DNA of 54,626 nucleotides from an uncultured Alphaproteobacteria bacterium (GTDB lineage Bacteria > Pseudomonadota > Alphaproteobacteria > HIMB59 > GCA-002718135): positions 1-54,626 of the forward strand of contig CABXJB010000002.1 of NCBI GenBank assembly GCA_902512415.1, read 5' to 3'. The translations under genes were made by a program, and so were the position numbers. The notes beneath the pieces are model-generated. The model searched no databases and had not been told where the DNA came from. It saw only the letters and a list, made by a program, of their open reading frames with translations. This document shows positions 41,662 through 48,848 of this stretch, in pieces (the stretch's first letter is position 1; each line of letters starts with the position of its first letter).

Positions 41662-42347
41662 ATTTTTCTCTTATTAAAAATGTAGACTAATGAATATATT
41701 ATAATTGTTAGAATAATTAATACTATACCTAGAGCCATTGCATATTCAAGATTACCCATTCTTGTCTCAAGGGAGATTGCCGTAGTCATCACTCTTGTAA
41801 AATGATCGATGTTACCACCCACAATCATTACAGCTCCAACTTCAGATATAGCTCTGCCAAAAGCTGAGAGGAGTGCAGTGATAACAAGAAAATAACTATG
41901 TTTGATAATAATAAATGCTACTCCAAAAAAAGACATATTAATTGATCTTAATTGATCCTTGTATTCTCTCCAATTTTGAGCAAAGATTTCGTGAGATATA
42001 GAAGTAACAATTGGAAAAATAATTATTACCTGAGCTATTATCATTACCGTAGGCGTGTATAGCAATTGCAAAACACCCAAAGGTCCTCCAGAAGCAAAGA
42101 TGAAATAGACTATTAATCCAACTACAACAGGAGGAATACCCATAAGAGAATTAAGGACTATTAAAAAAAAACTTTTAAAGGGAAATTTTTTAAGAGCTAC
42201 ATAATAACCAATTAATAACCCAAAAATTGAAGCGACTATTAGCGCAGAGATACTAACATACAATGATAAAATAATAATTTCCCACAAATCGCTATCAAAT
42301 GAAATGATTAAAAATAAAGATTTAGTAAAAATTTCTATAATGTTCAT
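41658..42347 (-). CDS. TupB-like (tungstate/molybdate-type) ABC transporter permease, orphan
   Basis: 229 aa with about five TM segments. LLYTPTVMIIAQ and FGRAISEVGAVMIVGGNIDHFTRVMTTAISLETRMG match the pattern I recall for TupB-type permeases. No SBP or ATPase gene is adjacent. Confidence 0.75.
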   Translation of the reverse strand: MNIIEIFTKSLFLIISFDSDLWEIIILSLYVSISALIVASIFGLLIGYYVALKKFPFKSFFLIVLNSLMGIPPVVVGLIVYFIFASGGPLGVLQLLYTPTVMIIAQVIIIFPIVTSISHEIFAQNWREYKDQLRSINMSFFGVAFIIIKHSYFLVITALLSAFGRAISEVGAVMIVGGNIDHFTRVMTTAISLETRMGNLEYAMALGIVLIILTIIIYSLVYIFNKRKI

Positions 42348-42371
42348 ATAAAGATTATATCAGAATACATT

Positions 42372-43190
42372 ATGAGTAAAAAAATTAAATATTTAGTTGC
42401 ACCCAATCCACAAGATAAAAATTTGACTAAGGAAATAAATGGCTTTGATGAAAATTTTAAAAAAACAAAAATCAAGGTTATCATAGAGAAAGATCTTACA
42501 ATTTATTTAAATAATCAAGAAATTGTCACACTAATGACAGTTGGTGATCATCCAGAGTATCTTGCCATTGGTTATTTATTGAATCAAAACATGTTAAAAA
42601 AAACTGATAAAGTTAAAAAGATTGAGCACGACACTGAACTCAAAGTTGTAATTGTAAGAACATCACGAAAAACTAACTATGAAGAAAAATTAAAAAGAAA
42701 AATTACTACAAGCGGATGCGCGGTTGGAACAGTTTTTGGAGATGTATATGATGAAATCTTAAAAAGTAAGATTAAATCTAAAAAAAAAATCAAACATTCT
42801 TGGATTTATGAAATCTCAAAAAAAATTAATTTAACTCCGAGTCTATATCTTGAGGCTGGCGCAATTCATGGTTGTGCAATAATTGAAAACAATAATCCAA
42901 TTATTTATATGGAAGATGTTGGCCGTCATAATGCTGTAGATAAAATTGCAGGATATATGTTTTTAAAAAAAATTGATGGCTATAATAAAATTTTTTATAC
43001 GACTGGAAGATTAACTAGTGAGATGGTAATCAAGACTGTAAAAATGATGGTACCTATTTTAATATCGCGTTCAGGCTTTACATCATGGGGTGTTGAATTA
43101 GCAAAGAAAACAAATCTTACCTTAATTGGGAGAGCAAAAGGTAAAAAATACTTAGTCCTCTCAGGTGAAAACAGAATTGATTATAAATAA
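42372..43190 (+). CDS. fdhD: formate dehydrogenase accessory sulfurtransferase FdhD
   Basis: 272 aa with TSGCAVGT, AGAIHGCA and EDVGRHNAVDKIAGY motifs. Confidence 0.9.
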   Translation: MSKKIKYLVAPNPQDKNLTKEINGFDENFKKTKIKVIIEKDLTIYLNNQEIVTLMTVGDHPEYLAIGYLLNQNMLKKTDKVKKIEHDTELKVVIVRTSRKTNYEEKLKRKITTSGCAVGTVFGDVYDEILKSKIKSKKKIKHSWIYEISKKINLTPSLYLEAGAIHGCAIIENNNPIIYMEDVGRHNAVDKIAGYMFLKKIDGYNKIFYTTGRLTSEMVIKTVKMMVPILISRSGFTSWGVELAKKTNLTLIGRAKGKKYLVLSGENRIDYK

Positions 43191-43800
43191 ATCAAAAACA
43201 ATAATAGTTATTCTTGCTGGCGGTCAGTCACGTCGATTTGGAGGAGGTTATAAAACTTTACATAAGTTCAATAACATATCTTTACTTGATAGAATTATAC
43301 ATAATTTAAAAAAATTGAATATGGATATTATTTTAAATGTAAACTCTAATGAGAATCAATTTTTAAAAACAGGTTTGAACTTAATAAAAGATGATGTCAA
43401 AAATTTTCAAGGGCCACTTGCAGGAATATGCGCATCAATGAAATGGGTATTAAAAAATAAAAAAGATATTGAGTGGATTTTTACATCACCTTCTGATACT
43501 CCCTTCTTAAATGCTGATTTAGTGAATAAATTTTTAATCACTAAATACCTAAATAATACAAAAATAGTTTTGGCTAAAGCTCCTAATAAGACACATCCTG
43601 TAATTGGATTTTGGCATATTTCACTAATAAAAAGCTTGGAAGATTTTTTTAAGGAAGATAGTAGAAAAATTATGAATTGGGTGGCGAGACAAAATTATGA
43701 ATTACTCAATTTTGAAAATAAAAATTATTTTTTCAATATCAATTCAAAGTCAGATCTGGCTGAAGCGATTAAGATCGAGAAGTCTCTAAAAACAATATAA
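43165..43800 (+). CDS. mobA: molybdenum cofactor guanylyltransferase MobA
   Basis: 211 aa with IVILAGGQSRRFGG and GPLAGI. The GTG start overlaps fdhD by 26 nt; the in-frame TTG at 43177 is an alternative start. Confidence 0.85.
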   Translation: MKTELIINKSKTIIVILAGGQSRRFGGGYKTLHKFNNISLLDRIIHNLKKLNMDIILNVNSNENQFLKTGLNLIKDDVKNFQGPLAGICASMKWVLKNKKDIEWIFTSPSDTPFLNADLVNKFLITKYLNNTKIVLAKAPNKTHPVIGFWHISLIKSLEDFFKEDSRKIMNWVARQNYELLNFENKNYFFNINSKSDLAEAIKIEKSLKTI

Positions 43801-43848
43801 TTTACTGGATAATCATAATAATAAGAATATAAATTAATACTAGAAATC

Positions 43849-44763
43849 ATGTCAATTTACCTTCCTATCGCTGAAATTAACATCAATATATTTCTAATTG
43901 TGTTTATTGGCATGTTAGTCGGCGCGTTATCCGGCTTATTTGGAGTTGGAGGAGGTTTTTTAATGACCCCTCTTTTGATTTTTTTGGGAATACCTCCTGT
44001 TGTTGCAGTAGGTTCTGAAGCTCCACATGTTTTAGCTTCAAGTGTATCCGGAGTAATAGCTCACTGGCGTAAAAAAAATGTTGATTTTAAGATAGGTTTT
44101 TTTTTATTATCTGGCGGTGTGGTTGGATCAACTATAGGCGTATATTTATTTAAATTACTTAAAACCTATGGTCAGATAGATATTGTTATTCAATTTTTAT
44201 TTTTAATTTTCCTTGGCTTTATTGGAATATCAATGGCATTTGAAAGTGCTAAAACAACTATCAAAAATTACCGAACTACTTCGGCAATAAGAACTAAACT
44301 ACATCAACATTCTTGGATTCACGGACTTCCTTTTAAGCTTCGGTTTCATCGTTCAAAATTGTATATTTCTGCAATTCCTCCAATTTTAATTGGTTTTTTT
44401 GTTGGAGTATTATCAGCAATGATGGGAGTTGGTGGTGGCTTTATAATGATACCTGCAATGGTTTACTTATTAGGAATGTCTACAAACGTTGTTGTAGGGA
44501 CTTCATTGTTTCAAATTATTTTTGTGACAGCAAATTCAACTTTTTTTCAATCGTATTTGAATCAAACTGTTGATATTGTTCTATCTGCACTTATGATACT
44601 TGGTGGAGTTATTGGAGCACAAATAGGAGTGAGAATTGGCTCTAAACTTAAAGCAGAATATTTAAGAGGAATTTTGGCTATTTTAGTTTTACTTGTTTGT
44701 GCAAAAATTTTAACTGACTTAATTCTTACACCTTTTGATGTATTTACTACTTCAATATCTTAA
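43849..44763 (+). CDS. TauE/SafE (DUF81) family anion-exporter-like membrane protein
   Basis: 304 aa in two homologous halves. Each half carries a G-rich helix (GLFGVGGGFLMTPLL and GVGGGFIMIPAMV), separated by a basic loop. Confidence 0.8.
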   Translation: MSIYLPIAEININIFLIVFIGMLVGALSGLFGVGGGFLMTPLLIFLGIPPVVAVGSEAPHVLASSVSGVIAHWRKKNVDFKIGFFLLSGGVVGSTIGVYLFKLLKTYGQIDIVIQFLFLIFLGFIGISMAFESAKTTIKNYRTTSAIRTKLHQHSWIHGLPFKLRFHRSKLYISAIPPILIGFFVGVLSAMMGVGGGFIMIPAMVYLLGMSTNVVVGTSLFQIIFVTANSTFFQSYLNQTVDIVLSALMILGGVIGAQIGVRIGSKLKAEYLRGILAILVLLVCAKILTDLILTPFDVFTTSIS

Positions 44764-44768
44764 TTCAA

Positions 44769-45146
44769 ATGAAAAATTTTAAACAATATTTTGTTACCCT
44801 TATCGGAATGCTCTTTTTAACAATATACTCTGTAAGTAGTTTTTTTGAAATTGATTTTAATTATTTGTTTTATATTACTATCTTTGTTATGTCTGTGTGC
44901 TTATTAATTAAAATTTTTTATTGGTACAATATAAGCAAAAGCTCAGAAAGAGAAAATTTTTTGAGATTTTCCTTTTTAATTTTAACATATTTTCTTCCTA
45001 TTTATATGATAATTCAAGAACCTACTTTAATTATTGATATGACAATTTTGAAAATATCTTATCTTATTATTTTTATTTTTGCGTTTATTGGAATATTCAT
45101 AGAAAGATATTTATTTATTATAAAAGAAAAAATTAAAGAAAGTTAA
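44769..45146 (+). CDS. small four-TM membrane protein, unknown function
   Basis: 125 aa and strongly hydrophobic. Starts 5 nt after the TauE-like gene. The C-terminal IERYLFI is weakly reminiscent of the ERxLFF motif of DmsC-type anchor subunits, which is a memory-based similarity only. Confidence 0.55.
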   Translation: MKNFKQYFVTLIGMLFLTIYSVSSFFEIDFNYLFYITIFVMSVCLLIKIFYWYNISKSSERENFLRFSFLILTYFLPIYMIIQEPTLIIDMTILKISYLIIFIFAFIGIFIERYLFIIKEKIKES

Positions 45147-45170
45147 TAATATGAAGAAAATAAAATATAA

Positions 45171-45911
45171 ATGTTTATAAAAACTTATCAAATTATTTTT
45201 TTTATAATTATTTTTTTTACCAAAATAATTTTAGCTGAGGCATATTTTGATTTATCAGAAAATAATATAAAAATTGAAACAGACTTTAATGGTAAAGAAG
45301 TAATTATTTTTGGAATACTAAATAATGATCAAGAAACAATAATAACTATAAAAGGTCCAGAAAAAAATGCAATTATTCAAAAAAAAGAAAGAATATTGGG
45401 TTTTTGGTTTAATACTAAGCATATAATCTACAATCAAATTCCAAGTATTTTTTTCATAGCTTCATCTGGAAATATTAAAGATATTTTACCAACATCAACA
45501 ATAATTAAAGAAGAGCTTAGTTTTGATTATTTGTTAGAAAATAAATTATCACAACGAAATTTTATAGCAGATGCCTCACTTGATACTTGGAAGAATAATT
45601 TTGTTAGAATAAAAAAAAGTAAAAATCTATTTAAAGAATTTGATGTTGACAAAATTGAAAATAAACTTTTTCAGACAAGAATATTTTTCCCCGCTAAGTC
45701 AATACCAGGGGAATATAAAGTTAAAGTTTATCAGATAAAGAATAATATAATTTTAAATAATAAAGAAAAAATTATTACTTTAAAAAAGTCTGGTGTAGGA
45801 AGCCAAATATATAATTTTGCTAACAATAATGCTGCAGCTTATGGTTTGTTTACTATCATATTTGCTGTATTATCAGGTTTTCTAGCTGCAACATTATTTA
45901 GGAGATATTAA
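45171..45911 (+). CDS. secreted protein with C-terminal TM anchor, possibly the alphaproteobacterial Alph_Pro_TM/TIGR02186-like family
   Basis: 246 aa with an N-terminal signal/anchor (IIFFIIIFFTKIILAEA), a ~190-aa soluble beta-rich region, and a C-terminal helix YGLFTIIFAVLSGFLAATLFRRY. The family assignment rests on recollection that this family neighbours DUF81 genes. Confidence 0.5.
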   Translation: MFIKTYQIIFFIIIFFTKIILAEAYFDLSENNIKIETDFNGKEVIIFGILNNDQETIITIKGPEKNAIIQKKERILGFWFNTKHIIYNQIPSIFFIASSGNIKDILPTSTIIKEELSFDYLLENKLSQRNFIADASLDTWKNNFVRIKKSKNLFKEFDVDKIENKLFQTRIFFPAKSIPGEYKVKVYQIKNNIILNNKEKIITLKKSGVGSQIYNFANNNAAAYGLFTIIFAVLSGFLAATLFRRY

Positions 45912-46384
45912 TGAATGACAATAGATACATACTAGTTATTGCTGATAATTCACCAGAAATGGACATTGCTCTAGAATATGCATGCGCAAGATCAAAAAAA
46001 ACTACCCGTAAAATAATAATAGCAACATTTATAGAGCCTTTAGATGTACTTACAACTCAGGGTGTAACAGAAATAATGAAAAATGAAGCAAGGGATGAAG
46101 CAGAAAAACTTCTTCAAAAAGCTGCTAATTATGTAAAAGAGAAAACAGGTGAAATACCAGCATTAGCTTTAAGAGAAGGAGAGACAATTTCTGAATTAAA
46201 AAAACTTATTGATGAAGAGGAGAACATTAATGTTTTAGTATTAGCTGCTAATTCTGATCCTAAAAATAAAGACTCTAATTCAATTATCAACTCTCTTGTA
46301 AGTCAAGAGATTACAAATATGAGAATACCAGTTATGATTGTTCCAGGGAATTTTTCAAAAGACCATATTGCTTTGATAACTTAG
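45911..46384 (+). CDS. universal stress protein (UspA) family
   Basis: 157 aa with the beta-alpha pattern ILVIADNS...VLVLAA...IPVMIVPG typical of USP domains. 1-nt overlap with the preceding gene. Confidence 0.7.
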   Translation: MNDNRYILVIADNSPEMDIALEYACARSKKTTRKIIIATFIEPLDVLTTQGVTEIMKNEARDEAEKLLQKAANYVKEKTGEIPALALREGETISELKKLIDEEENINVLVLAANSDPKNKDSNSIINSLVSQEITNMRIPVMIVPGNFSKDHIALIT

Positions 46385-46386
46385 AT

Positions 46387-46791
46387 ATGTCTGAAAAAGT
46401 AGCTGAAAAATTGATTGATATTGAATCAGTTCAATTCTCTTTCAATAAACACTTTACATTAACTTCAGGTCTTAAATCTCCTGTTTATGTAGATTGCCGA
46501 AAAATTATTTCTTTTATTAATGAAAGAGATTTTATTATGAATGAAGCGATAAACTACATTAACAAAAATATATTAGAATTTGATATAGTCGCAGGAGGAG
46601 AAACAGCTGGAATACCTTATGCTGCAATTATTTCTGAAAAAACTAGAAAACCAATGCTTTACATTAGAAAGAAACCTAAAGGCTTCGGAAAAAACCAACA
46701 AATTGAAGGAAAATTTTATGAAAACCAGAGAGCTATTTTAATTGAAGATTTGGCAACAGATGGAGGTAGTAAAGTAATTTTTGCAATTTGA
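46387..46791 (+). CDS. pyrE: orotate phosphoribosyltransferase, C-terminally truncated (probable pseudogene)
   Basis: 134 aa. FTLTSGLKSPVYVDCR, AGGETAGIPYA and the PRPP motif ILIEDLATDGGSK are PyrE-like. The ORF stops (TGA) about 6 residues after the PRPP loop, whereas PyrE proteins continue for roughly 45-60 more residues. Confidence 0.75.
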   Translation: MSEKVAEKLIDIESVQFSFNKHFTLTSGLKSPVYVDCRKIISFINERDFIMNEAINYINKNILEFDIVAGGETAGIPYAAIISEKTRKPMLYIRKKPKGFGKNQQIEGKFYENQRAILIEDLATDGGSKVIFAI

Positions 46792-47058
46792 AGACTTTGA
46801 GAAGAAATATCACAGCCGTCTATAATTATATTCGTATATTTTTTTTTAGCTCTCCTGCAAACATTCCAGTACCACATGCTAGATCCAAATTTGAATTAAT
46901 TTTTACTTTTATTTTTGATAAAATATTAATAGCCTTTTTAGGGGCCTTATAATTTCAGTTTTTTAAAGTTTGATCATAATTTAAAGCCAATCATCATAAT
47001 ATTTTTCAGTAACAGATTGATTGCCAATACCATCTAATAAAGACTTTATTTTAGTCAT
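46790..47058 (-). pseudogene. decayed class I SAM-dependent methyltransferase (two frame breaks, one TGG-to-TGA, 3' end deleted)
   Basis: The minus-strand ATG at 47058 overlaps the upstream gene's stop as ATGACTAA and reads MTKIKSLLDGIGNQSVTEKYYDDW, followed by the first frame break. The next frame reads ALNYDQTLKN-TGA-NYKAPKKAINILSKIKVKINSNLDLACGTGMFAGELKK (SAM motif I). The second frame break is in an A9 run (46839-46847), then YTNIIIDGCDISSQSLQIAK. Beyond that the DNA is antisense pyrE. Confidence 0.7.
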
Positions 47059-47857
47059 TAAAGATAGCTGGTATTTTATTTCGAAAACTTACAATTTCCA
47101 TTAAATCAATTTTTGTATTCAATATTTTAGGAGTTGATTTAGCTTTGGATACTATTTCCCCCCAAGGGTTTATTAACATTGAGTGTCCATAAGTTTTTCG
47201 ATTAGTATGATGTGTTCCACACATATTAGTTGCTACTATAAACAAACTATTTTCAATTGCTCTAGATCTAAGCATAACTTCCCAATGAGCTTTTCCAGAA
47301 GGTACTGTGAAGGCCGCGGGCATTAAAATTATCTCAGCCCCTTTTTTGGCAAGTTTTCTAAATAAATTTGGGAATCTTAAATCATAGCAAATAGTAAAAC
47401 CTATTTTTACTTTATCTAAATTTAATAAGGAAATATTTTTTCCAGCCTTAAAAGTATCAGACTCCCTATGAGTTTCTTTTTTACTAATATTAACATCAAA
47501 CATGTGTATTTTATCATATCTTTTAACAATCATACCTTTTGTATTAATAAAGTATGATCTGTTAACTAATTTCTTTTTATTTTTTTCCTTTAAAAGAAGG
47601 GAGCCAATATTAATATTTACTTTATTTTCTTTGGCATATATTTTTGCCATACTTATTATTGGACAATTTAATTCATCAGTGGTTTTTTGTTTAAGATAAT
47701 TAGTATCATTGGTTATTATATTAGAACATTCTGGTGTGCATATTAAATTGGGTATAAATTTTTTAGTTTTCTCAAAATATTTTTTTAATAATTTTGCATT
47801 TTCAAAAGGAGTTGATTTAGCCTCAAATTGAATTTGAGAAATTTTTAATTCTTTCAT
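47051..47857 (-). CDS. carbon-nitrogen hydrolase (nitrilase superfamily, Nit/omega-amidase-like)
   Basis: 268 aa with catalytic Glu-Lys-Cys contexts TPECS, YDKIHMFD and FTICYDLRFP. Confidence 0.8.
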   Translation of the reverse strand: MKELKISQIQFEAKSTPFENAKLLKKYFEKTKKFIPNLICTPECSNIITNDTNYLKQKTTDELNCPIISMAKIYAKENKVNINIGSLLLKEKNKKKLVNRSYFINTKGMIVKRYDKIHMFDVNISKKETHRESDTFKAGKNISLLNLDKVKIGFTICYDLRFPNLFRKLAKKGAEIILMPAAFTVPSGKAHWEVMLRSRAIENSLFIVATNMCGTHHTNRKTYGHSMLINPWGEIVSKAKSTPKILNTKIDLMEIVSFRNKIPAIFND

Positions 47858-47864
47858 TAATAAC

Positions 47865-48848
47865 TTACCAGCGTGAATGTATGTCGTCTTTTAATTTAGT
47901 ATTATATAAATTTTCAATTTTTTTCATTAAACCATTAATATTTGGTAATGATGAGGCTGAAATATTTTGCAGGGCTTGATCAGAATTTTTGGCTCCTGGA
48001 ATAATTACACTTACTTCGTCGTGCATTAAAATCCATTTTAGCGCAATTTGAGATAAAGAAAAACCTTCTGGAATAATTGATTTTAATTCTTCAACAACAT
48101 CAAGAGCTTTATTAAAATTTACACCTGAAAATGTTTCACCAACATCAAAAGCGCCTCCTTTAATATTATAATTTCTGTGATCAGTAGCAGGAAAAGTAGA
48201 GCTGGAATTCATCTTTCCAGTTAAAAGTCCACTTGCTAGTGGCACTCTAACAATAATAGCTATATTTTTTTCTTTAGCTATTTTAAAAAATTCTTCAGCT
48301 GGCTTTAATCTAAGCATATTAAAGATAATCTGCACACTTTTTGTATGAGTTCTATTAATACATTCTATTGCTTCTTCTACCGTTTCAACACTAAATCCAT
48401 AATGTTGTATTTTGCCTTTTGTGACCAGATGATCTAACATCTGATAAGTTAAATCATGGGAATATACTTCTGTTGGGGGGCAGTGCATTTGTAAAAGATC
48501 AATAGTCTCTAATTTAAGATTCTTTAATGATCGATCAACAAATGACTCCATTAAATCTTTATCATAATATCCTTCAGCTTCATGAGGATTAATTCTACGT
48601 CCTGCTTTAGTAGCAACATATATTCTTTCTGAAGTTGAATTTATAAATTCTCCAACAAATTTTTCACTTCTTCCATCTCCATAAACATCAGCAGTATCAA
48701 AAAAATTGACACCATTTTCAAAAGAAGTTTTCAAAACATTTTTTGCATTCTCTTCAGAAACTTCACCCCAATCAGCACCCATAGCCCAACACCCAAGACT
48801 TATCTCACTAATATCCCAACCAATTTTTCCAAATTTTCTTTTTTTCAT
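47865..48848 (-). CDS. aldo/keto reductase
   Basis: 327 aa with LGCWAMG, FFDTADVYGDGRSE, LQMHCP and IPGAKN motifs of the AKR fold. Confidence 0.85.
   Translation of the reverse strand: MKKRKFGKIGWDISEISLGCWAMGADWGEVSEENAKNVLKTSFENGVNFFDTADVYGDGRSEKFVGEFINSTSERIYVATKAGRRINPHEAEGYYDKDLMESFVDRSLKNLKLETIDLLQMHCPPTEVYSHDLTYQMLDHLVTKGKIQHYGFSVETVEEAIECINRTHTKSVQIIFNMLRLKPAEEFFKIAKEKNIAIIVRVPLASGLLTGKMNSSSTFPATDHRNYNIKGGAFDVGETFSGVNFNKALDVVEELKSIIPEGFSLSQIALKWILMHDEVSVIIPGAKNSDQALQNISASSLPNINGLMKKIENLYNTKLKDDIHSRW

Noticed and set aside
42348-42371. Molybdenum-cofactor riboswitch upstream of the permease-mobB-moeA unit or fdhD
   Set aside because: The divergent spacer is only 24 nt, and the fdsB/tusA spacer only 40 nt. 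These are far too short for a Moco RNA motif.
46951-46953. The in-frame TGA in the methyltransferase remnant might be read as Trp (alternative genetic code)
   Set aside because: TGA clearly terminates full-length genes here: crcB ends ...NKLIS-TGA at the normal CrcB length and fdsB ends with TGA. Trp is encoded by TGG throughout. The remnant also carries two frame breaks, so decay is the simpler explanation.
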